64,000 nt of DNA from Octopus sinensis (lineage: Eukaryota), in the NCBI RefSeq assembly GCF_006345805.1, contig NC_043004.1:50716001-50780000 (forward strand), written 5' to 3'. The notes under the pieces were generated by a model. That model was not told the origin of the DNA, ran no database searches, and was given only the letters and a program-made list of their open reading frames with translations. Below, piece by piece: positions 12,171 through 25,786 of the stretch (within the stretch, counting starts at the first letter, position 1; every line of letters begins with the position of its first letter). A program made the position numbers and the translations under genes.

Positions 12171-12447
12171 GTATATATATATATATATATATATATATGC
12201 GTATTTCTACGAAAAGTGGGTAAACTTCAATTTAATGTTTGTCAGTCTGTATCTTTCTAACAAGTTTGTCGACATGTTTATCTGTTTACGTCTGTTTATA
12301 TCTCTGAACCTACCTATCAGTTTATTTGTCTGGCAAGCTACCTACATACACACACACACGTGTGTGTTGTGCATTTATCTACTTATTTACATATTTTAAT
12401 ATCTTCTTTGTTATCACTCGAGTTGTACAAACCTTTATATCATTCAT

Positions 12448-12500
12448 ATCTATCTATCTATCTGTCTATCAATCTGTCTATCTATCTATCTATCAATCTG

Positions 12501-12539
<39 letters not shown>

Positions 12540-12762
12540 GTCTATCTATCTATCTATCTGTCTATCTATCTGTCTATCTATCTATCTGTTTGTCTGTCTA
12601 TCTTCCTGTCAACATTATTTATCTATTCCTGTACCTAGTTATCTGTCTTTCTAACTGTCTAAACAATCTGTCAGTCAATCTATATTTATCTCTTCTCCGT
12701 CTAGCTATACACATCTACATATCTCTTAGTTTTTATCTATTTATCTATCTATCTATCTATAT
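12448..12762. repeat. (TCTA)n microsatellite
   Basis: Seen directly. Confidence 0.9.
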
Positions 12763-13934
12763 CATTATCCTTAAGCCACACCTACCTCTTCTCCCACCTC
12801 ATTTCTTTCTCTACAGGTTGGTTCTGACAATTGACTCTCAGTTGCATGTCCACACACACACACACATACATACATACATATATACATATATATATATATA
12901 CACGAAAATTTGTTGTAGTTTTGTCTTTATTCCTTTGTTCACCGTACGTCGCTAAACTAAGTATACACACCTAAGTTTTAAGAAATAAATTTATCTCATA
13001 CACACACACACATGTGTGCGCGCGCGTGTACTGGCGCCGAGAATATTACACGAACAAGTCCAAAGACGCAGTATTCGGTGGCACGTATTGCTAATATTTA
13101 AGACCTCTGTCTTTGTTTTTAACCTTACCTCTATTTATCTCACGACCTACCTACCTACCTCATACATATTTTGTATGTACACACACACATATATAACATA
13201 TATATTTATATATGTGTGTGTGTGTATATATATATATATATTTGCGTGTGTATATATATATATATATATACCTTCCTATTGTCTTTGTAGCTATCTTCTT
13301 CTTCCTCCCGCTCTTTATCTGTCTGTCATCAATTTAAATTGGGCGGAGCTTATAAGTCACACTCCACCTTTCACTCCACGTGCGTTTCACTCACAAACAT
13401 CCTTTTCTTTCTTTCTTTTTTTCATTTCTCATCGTTATACTTTCACTCAATCTTGAGCAGTATGACTGACCTGTCAGACGTTTGAGTTGAGTTAAGTTTA
13501 TGGCTTTCCAGCCGTGACCATCTGGGCTTTTATACAAAAAGGACTACAAGATTCAAATACAATTTTTTTAAAGTAGTAAAGTAATAAGGTAGCGTGTGGT
13601 ATGGTGAAGTAGTTTTTTTTGGGGGCCCTGGGTCAATCTTAAATGAGTAGTCTCATAATGAAAGGCATCCGTGTCGTAAAATATCCCTTTTTATGGCGTT
13701 ATGCAAGGACTATATTTGCTAATATGTTCTTCCCTTACTTAAGACATTAGGATTTCATTTATAGGAGATTTAGTTGATATTTCTAGCATATTCAGCGCCG
13801 CGAACTGGCTTCCCTTATTGCCTCGTGGTGTAGCGAAGTGTCATATAAGTGTTGTGAAATGTTCACTTCACCTCACCTCTCTCAATGTCAATCAGTTGAG
13901 TGAGTGGTGAGTGAGTGAGTGAAGAAGTTGGCAA

Positions 13935-14215
13935 CAACAATAATAACAGTAGCAGGAGACACTCTAACTATCACCACCGCAGCTACCCCCACCATCACCA
14001 TCTCTACTTATCGCCGTTACCTCAAACACCGCTACTACTACCACCATCATCATCATTACCATTATCATTGGCATTGCTGCTATCATCACTACCTCCAACA
14101 CCAACAACAACAACACCACCATCGTCACCACACCACTACCAGCATCACCACCACCTCTAACACCATTATCTTTGTTACTACTACTACTACTACTACTACT
14201 ACCAACAACAACAAC
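13935..14215. repeat. CAC/CAT/CAA/TAC trinucleotide low-complexity tract
   Basis: Degenerate triplet repeats ~550 bp upstream of TGIF exon 1. Confidence 0.8.
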
Positions 14216-14285
14216 TTTCCAAACAACGACAGACTTGACATACTAATGATAATAAGAAGCAAATAGAAGGAAAACATACATTTAT

Positions 14286-14340
<55 letters not shown>

Positions 14341-14479
14341 AGGAAAACAGACCGATACATACAGGATACACACGCACGCACACACATATATCTATATATG
14401 TGTGTGGTGTGTTTGTGTGTATCTATATGTCTATACACTCACACACAGAGAGGGAGAGAGAGGAAGACGAGAAACCCAA

Positions 14480-14759
14480 ACTACTAAACAACAAGGCAGG
14501 CCCAGTGATCTCATGCTTATTTGAACTCGGAACAGTCAGCCAAGCTGGTTTGGCAGTTTAATGCTCGCTCACCGTGGCGTTGTTTCATTCTTCTGTCAAT
14601 CTCCTCTCACTCATTCTCCTCTCACTCACTCACTCGCTCACTCACTCATTCTCCCCCCCCGCTATATCAGTTTGACTCTCTCTTTCTCCTTCCCCCTCCC
14701 TCTTCCCATGAATTCGACATCGTTCTTTTGACAACTGTTCCTCTTGCCACAATAACAAA
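14480..14759 (+). promoter_or_regulatory. Putative core promoter / 5' UTR of TGIF
   Basis: Unique CT-rich sequence directly upstream of the candidate ATG, with Inr-like TCAGTT at 14667-14672 and several TCATTC. No TSS evidence available. Confidence 0.4.
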
Positions 14760-14826
14760 ATGGATAAAGACGAGCAAAGCGCTATTTTAGCTTTGCTATC
14801 ACTTCAATACCAAATTCCTTGTCAAG
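14760..14826 (+). CDS. TGIF: Putative coding exon 1 of the TGIF-family homeobox gene (MDKDEQSAILALLSLQYQIPCQ + 1 nt, phase 1)
   Basis: ATG in CAAAATGG context at 14760, open frame to a strong donor AAG|GTAAGA at 14826/14827. The 67-nt phase-1 exon joins the 42036 acceptor in frame (G+TA=Val, then TKIKAEP). It lies in repeat-poor sequence after a CT-rich, Inr-containing region. The join is inferred; intervening exons cannot be excluded. Confidence 0.7.
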
Positions 14827-16069
14827 GTAAGAAGAAAAAAACAAAAATTATCTAGCTATATTTTCCGTATATATATATATATATACATATACATACATAC
14901 ACACACACACACAACACGTGCGTATATATATATATATATATATACTTACATATGTTTCATGTTGTATGAGATGGTTAATTTTTTTTTTGTTCCATGTGTG
15001 TTTAGATGAAGCTATATATTATGGACACATGTATAAACATCTATTTTAATTTAATACAATTTTCTTTAGCTACACGCACACCTACATACGTTCCCCCCGC
15101 CAAGTAGAAAAAAAATCTCTATATTATACACACGTGTGTCAAATTTTGTGTGGTCTTTGATCGGAAATTACATGTATTTCCTATATATATATACACTCTA
15201 TACACGTGTGTATGTATATATATAAAGACATGTCTCTGATAATGTGTAGATTTGTCATTCTTCGCTACCACATGTCAGAAGTGAAAGAAAAGTTTAAAAT
15301 TTTAAATATGGTGCGTGTATATAATATATATTTTTGGAGGGAGTTTTAAAATTTAGTCATATATTATATTTGTTTACTTAAAATCATAGATAATTACTTA
15401 TGTAAAAGTTATATATATTCGCATAAATATATAATTTGTCATATGTGTTTGTAGTTTGTATTATGTAAGGGAATAATTCCTCCTTTGTGATGAGATAAAC
15501 GTGATTATTATATACACGTGTTATGTTTATACATATGATATATGTGTATATATAAATTTATTCTTGATATTTATTTTTTCATAAAAAGAGTTTTTAGTAG
15601 ATTCTTAATATCCCCCGTCCTAAGTCTTACACACGTATATACATCCATCCACATGCGTATATAGTTTCATACGCACGTGTGTATTTGATATATTGCATTA
15701 ATGTTAACAATGTGTATGAAAATTTGTAATTGACAAGGAAAGCCTTTGTTTCTTTTTTCTCCCGTCTGTGCCACTTCGATTTGAACACCCGCATGCGTTT
15801 ATTCATGCATATGTGTCTAATAGCTATCTATCTATCAATCATATATATATATATATACACTGTATGAAGTGGTGTATATACGATTGTTTTTATGTTAGAG
15901 CTGGCGAAGAAAAGAGTAAAGCAAATGAACGTGTGTGAAATGTCTACACTGCGAGCACGTGGTTTAGCTCAAGGCAGATTGCAACATGTGTATAGACAGT
16001 TCTGGTTTCGTGATGGTAATTGTCATAGCTAAGGCTTTCTACTTGGCACTTAGATGTACACAAACACCG

Positions 16070-16111
<42 letters not shown>

Positions 16112-16975
16112 TATATGTGTGTGTTCGCACACATGTATATAACACATGCTGGTATTTTTCTCTTATATTTTTTCGTTATCATTTGAAATTTTACATCCGT
16201 ATTTTGTTCTTCAACTGTAAGGCTCTGACGAGTGTATAAACGTGCTTGTTGTTTTATATGAATATTCAGTGTTTTATAATACATATGTAGATAGATATAA
16301 AATCTGAATTAATGTGCTGATTATTGTAAGAGCTTTTGCGTGTCGATGCTGTAAGTGTGTGTGTGTATGTGCATATATATATATATATATAAAAATACAC
16401 GCATGTGTGTTTATGTGTGGTGTTGTGTATGTATGAATAAGTATATGTGAATAACAGCAAGTTCTAATTTTGTGTGGCTTTGTTTATCGCCTGTGCCTTT
16501 ATATAATGCATGTGTGTATACATGCTTCTTAAGTTGGAATTTTGACATTTTGTTGATAGATTTGAAGACATCCTCTTCGTACACAAACACACATGTAGCT
16601 ATTTCTGCTCACATATACACACACACGCACTAAGGTTATATAAACGTGTACGCACATACATGACCTTGTGTCATGTATAGACTTACACGTGTATGTGCTG
16701 ATAGGGGGCGAACAATAGTGTGTGATAGGATATATATTTAACAGGTATTTCTTTGTCTTTAATGTTGATAATCATATCATACGCTTACACACACACACAC
16801 ACACATGTATAGATATGTAGAGGGAGGGGGGGAGAACGTTTAACAATAAAAACCTCATCCGGGATATATATATATACTATGTATATATATCGATAATAAA
16901 CTGAAGACCACATGGATATATAGTGTATGTTTTAATGGACCTCGCTGTTAGTAATAACACGTCTTGACTTTAGCT

Positions 16976-17012
<37 letters not shown>

Positions 17013-17112
17013 TATATATATACATATGTGTGTGTGCGCGCGCGCCCTTGAATCTCTTAAATTTAACGTTAATCACCAACCACAGACTGACGTTCACGTG
17101 TGTGTATATATA

Positions 17113-17143
<31 letters not shown>

Positions 17144-20009
17144 ATATATTATATATATATATAGATATATTCGTGTGTGATTAGTCAGTTAAACAATGAC
17201 ACATTATTTGTTGTTCATGTTGATGCTTAATAGTTATGGTTGTCCTTGGGTAACCCCCCACCCAATCACACTTTCTCTCTCTCTCTCTCTCTCTGTTTTT
17301 CACAGCTGTCATTCTTGGGTGATCCCCACCCCCCATTCTCTCTCTTTCTAATACAGCTGTTGTCATTGGGTAAACCTATAGTGCACCAGCTTGGGCAACC
17401 TTCCATTGCCTTTGTTTATCTCACCTTCTTCATTAACTTACAACGAGTTACCCCACCTCCTCACTTAGTATTCTGTTCTACTTGTCTCTCTATCGGCACA
17501 TTTAATAACCACCACACGACTGCCGCCAACGCTGATACCATTACGGCCATGACCATCACTGCTGATTCGGTATAACCCCCTCCCCCACTCTCCTTTAGTA
17601 CTTATCTCTAGTATCAGAATGATATAGTGTTTATTCGTCTTTTGCTCATTGTTATGGTGTTTTGTGCTGAAGGCTAATAGTGAGTAGATCTTTGATCAAA
17701 GGCTTTCCGGCCGTGACCCTCCACAACTTTATTTTCTAGGACTATTATTTATTGCTTCTTCAAGCAAGACATTAAAGGTGGTATTTGGGAGTGATGGTAT
17801 TATGGCTGCTATTTCTAGCTGGTTGAGCGACAGCCTTACCGACTGCTTCTGTTGGTTCGTAGTGGAGAGAGAGAGAGAGAGAGAGACTAGCATCAATGGA
17901 CTTGACATTTCGCGGTGTTGTAACTTGATCTTGGTTTCAATGTCGATGCGTGTGTGTAGTTTTTACCTGTGTAATATTTGCCTCTCCATCCATCCATCCA
18001 TCCATCTAAGCACACAGACACACACATTCGAGCGCGCGCGTGTGTTTATTTAAAATTTCATTAACAATATAGGTTAATATAAAACGGTTTATGTGTAAAT
18101 ATTAAAAAAAATTTTTTTGAAATTCATTAATTTAGGTTAACATCAATGATGCGTGTGTGAGCGCGTGGTCAAATTTCCTAACCCTGATTCATAAGTCTTG
18201 AATGTGTGTGTATGTATAATATATGTGCACATTTATGTAATGCGTGTATGCATGCAATATATAATTATATACAAATGTATATATATACGCACACATTACG
18301 TGAATACAGTCTTATTCGAATTTTCTTTGTCTTCGCGCATACACAGTTTACACACATACAGCTAGCTGAATATAATCTATATTTTACACACATATTCTTC
18401 TGTACATTGATTGCCTTTAAATGCATTAATATACGCACTCACACGCGCAGTGTACTGCTCCTCTCTCTCTCTCTCACTCTCTACTCTCTCCCTCGCAAAC
18501 TAAATATAACTCCCGTCTCCTTCACCGCCATGCGATAACAAAATATCAACAATAAACAACATCAGCACTATCACAATCCGCCGCCGCCACTACCACCCTC
18601 ACCATAACAACACCAACTCCAACGTCAGCAGCAGCAGTCAACACATCTCTCATCGTCAGCAGTCATCACCGAAAACCTTTGTCTAGGCCGAACATATTTA
18701 GCAATTGTTGCTTCTGACGTTATTGTTACACAGTTCCAGCTGTGGTTTGAACGCGTGTACCTTGACTTCGGGCACGAATTCCACCTATTCTTTCTTTAAT
18801 TCACCCGTTGCACTTGTTTCCTAAAAACAAAGAAAAAACGGAAATTTAAAACAAAAGAAATAATAAAAATAAAAAAACAGGACCTGCTTTGTCTCCTGTA
18901 TGAATGTGTATATATGTAAGCGACTGGCTTTGTCTTACCGGTTGGCCACATATATATATATACATACATACACACTCGAAAGTATTCAGTACTGTCGAGG
19001 TTGATAAATACATTACTCCAGTAATTAAAATAATAGTAATAAATTTCCTACCACCTCCTGGGTTTCTTTATGATGACAGAATGTTTGTTTGACAAGGCTA
19101 AATATACACAAGCGCGTAGTGCCGTCTGAAGACGGGGGCAAACTGGACAGTTGCTTCACTGGTCTTGTGGCTTGCTGTCAATAAGTAAACGGGCGCAGAG
19201 CATTGATTAGCCCTGTGGCCTATAATGCTTGCTAAGACGCACCAAGGGTAGAGAAAAGTAGTTTTTTTTTTTTTTTTACTTCCATGAGTGAGTTTCGGCC
19301 ACTTTACTGTGACCTTGATATGGTTACCAGCATTAGAATAAGAGGAAGGTTCAATGTCTCTGACTTCGTGTGTTGCTTGCGGTGGTGTAAAGTTTACCTG
19401 GGATTTTTTACAACAGTATGATGAAGTCCATATGACGTTTAAACATGTTGACATCAACTCAGCGTGGATCGATCTTTTATACTTATTGCGGTGTCTACTC
19501 CTCCTTGATGGTGTGGGTGAATGAGGAAGACCTTTGACTCTATGAGGTCTATTGAAATTCGCATTGCTGTCAATGTCAAAAATAAGTTTACCAGTGACTA
19601 TTCGTCCCTTACTCTTGATTGTATATAGAGAAAACGTGAATTTTAAAACAAAGCCATCAGTTAATCCTCTTTCATCCCGTTTTATGAACGTGTAGGACTA
19701 GTCGCCAAACGTGACATTTTTCTGGCCGGTGGCGAAATCATTAGAAGCTCCTTAGATAATTTTCAATGGTTTAAATTAGAGGAATAAGGCATATAACATG
19801 TAAATCTGTGTACATACATATGTAATTATATTAAACACTATAAAAATAACCGTATTATGATTAAAGTAAATAACCTATTTAGTTTCTCCATGTTCTTCCG
19901 TTGACAACCTCCATCCACCCAGAATATTTTCAGTTGTATGTATTTGAAGTCCTCAGCTTTAAATCTAGAGCCAGTCAGACTCAAAGTTAGTGTCAATATA
20001 TATGGAACC

Positions 20010-20452
20010 TTCTGACAGCGAGCTGCCAGAATCGTTAGCATGCCGGGCAAAAACTGCTCAGCGGCATTTCGTTTTTACGTTATGAGTTCAAATTCATTCG
20101 AGGTCGACTTTGCCATTCTCCCTTTCGAGGTCGATAAAATAAGTACCAGTTCATCACTGGGGTCGATGTAATTGACTTAATTCCTTTCCCAAATTTGCTG
20201 GCCTTGTGCTAAAATTTGACACGAATATATATGGATCATAAGGCGGATCATAAGTTGGCAGAATCGTTAGCACGTCGGACGAAATGCCGCTAAGCATTTT
20301 GTCCATCTTTACGTTCTGAGTTCAGATTCTGCCGTGGTCGACTTTGATTTTTCATCCTTTCAGGATCGATAAACTAAGTTGAGCACTGGGGTCGATATAA
20401 CCAACTTACTCCGCTCCCGAAATTGCTGGCCTTGTACCAAAATTTGAAGCCA
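20010..20452 (+). mobile_element. Two tandem SINE family A copies
   Basis: gagctg(g)cagaatcgttagca...gagttcaaatt...gtcgactttg...gggtcgat...ggccttgtgc, twice. Confidence 0.85.
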
Positions 20453-20847
20453 ATGTAATGGAACATTTAAATGCTGGGGAGGAGGAAACTGCACAATTCA
20501 ATATGTTTTTTTTTTTTTTTTTTTTTTGGTCTTTCTGACCTCGTCAGCAAATCATAATCTAACCATACCGTGTTTGGCGAAGTAACTATTATTGCAACGT
20601 CACAAATGGACACGATTGACGAGATACGGAGTATCAAGTTAATATTAGGTCATGCGTGAATCTCCGGAAATCCCTTCAAAATGAAAACTGGTTTACCATG
20701 TAAATGGTTTGGCAGTCGTCTTCCTTTCACCTTGTTCTTCACCATTTTATGTGCATAAAACGAAAGATCTTCAAATGCAAGTCATATGATGTCTCTAGAC
20801 TGAGTGTCAAAATTTCGGTTTAAATTGTTTTTAAATTTATAATATAA

Positions 20848-21220
20848 GCGCAGGAGTGGCTGTGTGGTAAGTAGCTTGCTAACCAACCACATGGTTCCGG
20901 GTTCAGTCCCACTGCGTGGCATCTTGGGCAAATGTCTTCTGCTATAGCCCCGGGCCGACCAATGCCTTTGTGAGTGGATTTGGTAGACGGAAACTGAAAG
21001 AAGCCTGTCGTATATATGTATGTGTGTGTGTCTGTGTTTACTTGACAACCGATGCTGGTGTGTTTATGTCCCCGTTACTTAGCGGTTCGGCAAAAGGAGA
21101 CCGATAGAATAAGTACTGGGCTTACAAAAAGAATAAGTCCCGGGGTCGAGTTGCTCGACTAAAGGCATTGCTCCAGCATGGCCGCAGTCAAATGACTGAA
21201 ACAAGTAAAAGAGTAAAGAG
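20848..21220 (+). mobile_element. SINE family B, full length
   Basis: tRNA-like A/B boxes (tggctgtgtgg; gggttcagtccc), cttgggcaa core-like motif, internal TA/TG microsatellite, gtaaaaga tail. Confidence 0.9.
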
Positions 21221-22019
21221 AATATAGTGTGTGCTAAAGTGTCTTTCTTTTTGTGTGTCAAACAACACGTAAAATACTAAGTTTCATTTCAGAAAGTTCA
21301 ATGACCAATGAAAAGAGAATCCAATACACATGTACTCTCACACAAACCAAGCTTCGGTGTGTTTGTGTGTTAGCTTCCTCTATGTCTCGTCTCATTACGT
21401 ATGGCAGCAAGCGTTTTTGTTACTTGTGTTCGCATATCGTAATATCTATGTCGCTGGGTGTATCAAACTACCAAGTATTTATATACAATCGCTATAAACT
21501 GCTCATTTCCATATTTATTTTAAAATCCGATTTAAATGTTGATTTCAACGATTTGAATATATCAGTTTTTATATTTGTATTTATTTTTATTATTATTATT
21601 ATTTGCATAAATTGAAAATATTTGTGTTCTTGATCTGGTCAAACTGAAGGGTTTGAGCCGAGCAAAAGAAGATAGTGAAATAGGTGTTTGACACTTGATA
21701 TTTCGTCTGTTCTTGTTTTGTATCTGGTTTGTATTGCAGCACATGTAAACATTTGATTCTCCTTTGCCTTTCCGGCGATGAACGTATCGCATCGCCCTTA
21801 AATGTTATGAAGTGTTGGCTCTCATCAGGACAATGTGTCCGAAGATAGACTATAACTATATGATATTAGTTTTCACTTATACAGCCTGATTTTGTTCAGA
21901 AGTGTTTCTTGCAGTTCGCCGAATATGTAATGTGAGCGTATGTCATGAATGTTTACGAAAACATGAGTGTTTTGATATGTGAACTGGTCTTAAATATGTG
22001 TACGGGCCTATCTGTATAC

Positions 22020-22222
22020 GGCAGAAACGTTAGCACGCCGGGCGTATTTCGTCTGCCGTTACGTTCTGAGTTCAAATTCCGCCGAGGTCGACTTTGCCTT
22101 TCATCCTTTTGGGGTCGATAAATAAAGTACCAGTTACGCACTGGGGTCGATGTAATCGACTTCATCCGTTTGTTTGTCCTTGTTTGTCCCCTCTGTGTTT
22201 AGCCCCTTGTGGGTAGTAAAGA
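22020..22222 (+). mobile_element. SINE family A
   Basis: ggcagaaacgttagcacgccggg...ttcaaattccgccgaggtcgactttgcctttcatcc...agccccttgtgggtagtaaaga. Confidence 0.9.
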
Positions 22223-24068
22223 AATATATATATGCGTTCTAAGTTCTCCGTATTTTTTCCTATATATTCTTTTATACGTTTCAGTCGTAAGGCCGTGTGC
22301 GTTTGAATGTGTACATGTGTGTGTGTTCATGGTGTAAAAATCAGCGTTGTTTGTTTGTGCCGCATCCAGGCCTTGTTTCATGTCGGTTCGATAAGATTGA
22401 AAATCTAAGTACTAGCAGATCGATCTTACTGATCAAACCACTGGTGTCGCAGCATAGTCGTAGTCCAATGACTGAAACTAGTAAAAAAACACATTTTGTT
22501 TTTAATATATGTAATTGTCAGTTAAGTGTTTGCGGATTTAGTTTCATAAATTTGACGTCCCATGTATGTTCATACACACACGCACACACACACACACACA
22601 CTCACACAGACACAATGTGTGTATATCTGTCACGTCTGTGGAGTAATACATCTGCTTTAACCTTTGTTAGCGTGTTGTGTATGTATGTGTTTATGCCTGA
22701 CTATGCATATGTCAATCTACTGACCCGGTATGAATGTATCTACTGTGCGTGTGGACGCACAAGTGTATAATGGTATGGTTGTTTGTATGTGTCGTAATAG
22801 AGAGAGAGAGCTGTTATATATAATAATTTGTTTGCGTGTATTCTTATAATGAAGTCTATTAAATGAATGCATGTGTATATATTTATACACATAATCTACA
22901 CACGTTCCTTTTTGTTTCAGTCATTTGACTGCGAACACATCAACCCCAGGACTTTTTTTTTTTAAGACTAGCACTTGTTCTATCAGTCTGCTTTTGCCGT
23001 TAAGTTACGAGGACATAAACACACCAACACTGGTTGTCGAACGGTGATGGGGGAGAAAAGGCGCGCGCACACACACACAGGACAGGACAGGCTTCTTTCA
23101 GTTTCCGTCTACCAAATCGGTCTTCCTGAGGCCATGGTGCCACGCAGTGGGACTGAACCCGGAACCATGTAGTTGAGAAGCAAACTTCTTACCACGCAGC
23201 CACGCCTGCGACTATATATATATTTTTTTTTTTTTTTTTTATCTAGTTTCAGCTCACGAGCTGTGACCATGCTGGGGCACCGCCATTTAGGGTTAGGGTT
23301 AATATATATATATAAAAAAATTGACTCGAGGGCCGAGATATTTGTACGCCACTTACAAAAATGTCATCTACAAAGCCCCCCCCCCCTTCCGACCCTTGCT
23401 TTATAACTTCTCTCGATTAAAATTATATTTATACACATAATCTATACACGTTTTTCTTTGTCTTGCCAGTATACTCCTCCTCCTCCGTGTTGCTGTATTG
23501 ATCGTACACGCACAGACATGCACACAACCCGCTCTCTCTCTCTCTCTATCTGTGTATGTGTGTCCACATGCTTCAAATATGTGTTGCGTGCGGTGTGGCT
23601 GCCAGTATTGATTCGCGCCTGTCACTCACGTCTTAAGTGAGTACACGTGTGTAATAGTGCGTATGTGTGAAAGTACGCACGTGTGTGTGTGTGTGTGTGC
23701 TCGCGCGTGCGTGTTTCGATGGTAATGCCCGTCATTTCTTGCTATATATAATCATACTCTTTGTCATATTACGTTTTTTTTTTCTTGTTGTTGTTTTCTA
23801 AAGCATGCTTGGTTTATGTTATAAACATGTGATGTTGACTGTAAGAAGACCTCTGTTTGTGTGTGTGTGTTTAGATTTAAATATTCATTTGCTGTTTTTA
23901 TCTTTTTATGCATAACTGTGTGTGTGTGTGTGTGTGTGTATACACATGCTCACACATCCGCTTCACAAAGACACGTGTAAAATGAGCATCGTTGAGTGCG
24001 TACTACTCATATCGTATGTGTGTGTGTGTGTGTAATATATATTTCACTCAGAAGACTTATATTTGCAT

Positions 24069-24118
<50 letters not shown>

Positions 24119-25185
24119 CAGATTAGTTATCTCGACTGTTTCCTGACGAAGCATATGTCTAATAAACTCTCTGACAAGCTTATATATATATGTCAGCGGT
24201 GTATATACAGATCGGATTTTCTTTCTTCTGTATCAATTTTATCCTCCACACAAGGTGCACTCAGACCTCCCCCCACCTTTCTCTATGTCTCATTGTGTTG
24301 TGTTGCATACTTGTGATATTTAGTTACGTCCCTTGGCATTCGGGTTTCAAATCTAACCAGTCTCGATCCAAACACGCACACACAATTTTTCTCCAGACTT
24401 CATTTAAATATGCCCCCCATTCTGGTTCTACTGTCGGTACGTAAAACAACGAACTAACATCGACTTGTTGTCTAGTATGTAGTTAGTTGCTTACTTCGAC
24501 ATTGTAATTTCAAATCACACCGTATCCGTCATTCGGTTTTTCTGTCCTTCTGGGTCCAGTTAAATGGAGCACTCGAGTAATGTGTCGAACAAAATGTCTT
24601 GCTGTATTTCTCGTTACAATCTAAGTTCAAATCCTTATTTAGTCAACCCAGTTTTGCTTTACTTCCGGGGTCGATAAACCAGGCACAAGTCATAGATTGG
24701 GATAATTTAAATCGATATTACCAGACACGATTTTCTGGCGTCGTGCTTATCATAATCACGGACTATTAAGACATATACCACCGAAGACTGAGTCTTTAAG
24801 TTCGTTTGTTCCTCGTTTGAAGCGGGTGGTAGCCTGTATTTTGAACCGCTCCTGTCTTGCCCTCCTTTAAAGTCACTACCTAGTCGGTTAAAGGAGGGTC
24901 TGAAAAGGAAGTGGAGTAGGTTGGTGAAAATTGATGGGCGCTCCTGTCAAAGTTATGATAAAGCTTAACACACATAAGTTGCCGCCGAAAACTGAGTGTT
25001 TGGATAAGCTTAAATCAAGTTTAATGTTTAATTGTTTTTATTATATCTTAATATAAACATACACGCACACACACATACATACATACATCTATGCACACAC
25101 ACACACACAGAGGTGGGGTTGGGAATTGTCCCTCGAAGTCCCATTACATCTTAAGAAAGCATTTCCGTTGTATGAAACACGGGAG

Positions 25186-25786
25186 GGATCTTTTCCTTTT
25201 GAACGGCACACAATTTCTAGTTAACTAAACACTTTAAAACTTCGTATACTGGTAGAATGTGTCAAAATAAAACATTTTTTTCTCTTGGCTTTCTTGATAA
25301 AATTGTAATTTTTTGAATTTTAACCAATGAATCGCCACTAATTGAGCTAAAATCATTTGCTGCGTCTTAAACTCAGACAACATCCTGTCACTAACCCTAA
25401 CCCTAAATTTGTGTATAAAATTATAGAATTATTTTGTTTGTTAATTGTTTAAATTATTTTCCATTGCTTCCGTTTTTTTTTACACGCGTAACAATTAATT
25501 TAACAATTAAGAAAAAAAACCTTAGGGTTAGGTTTAAGGTTAGTGACAGGATGTGTCTCAGTTTTAGACGCAGCAAATGATTTTAGCTCAATGGAGGTAA
25601 TCGATTGGTTAAAATTGCCGAAATGCTCGAAATTTCAGACGAAATATCTTACAAACTATAGAATTTTCTCAATAAAACCAAGAGAAAATGATGTTTTATA
25701 AACACATTCTACCAGTATACGAAGTTTAAAACTTATTAGTTACCTAGAAATTATGTTACAAAGTGCCGTTCAAAAGGAAAAGAACC
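25186..25786. mobile_element. GGATC-terminated foldback MITE (Merlin-like) with internal telomere-like repeats
   Basis: TIR ggatcttttccttttgaacggcac / gtgccgttcaaaaggaaaagaacc; 8-bp TSD cacgggag / cactggag; the halves are imperfect inverted copies with ctaaccctaacccta / ttagggttagg inside. Confidence 0.88.

Noticed and set aside
13915-14266. His/Thr/Pro-rich ORFs upstream of TGIF
   Set aside because: Trinucleotide low-complexity sequence with non-ATG starts and no convincing splice link to the gene.
20500-20550. Minus-strand CTGACGA-GGTC-agaaa-GACC hammerhead-like half
   Set aside because: The required GAAA is replaced by poly-A and no stem I or III can be formed.
20848-20915. tRNA-like sequences at SINE heads (also ~41351 and ~46991)
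   Set aside because: A/B boxes are present but there is no complete cloverleaf, and they continue into SINE bodies.
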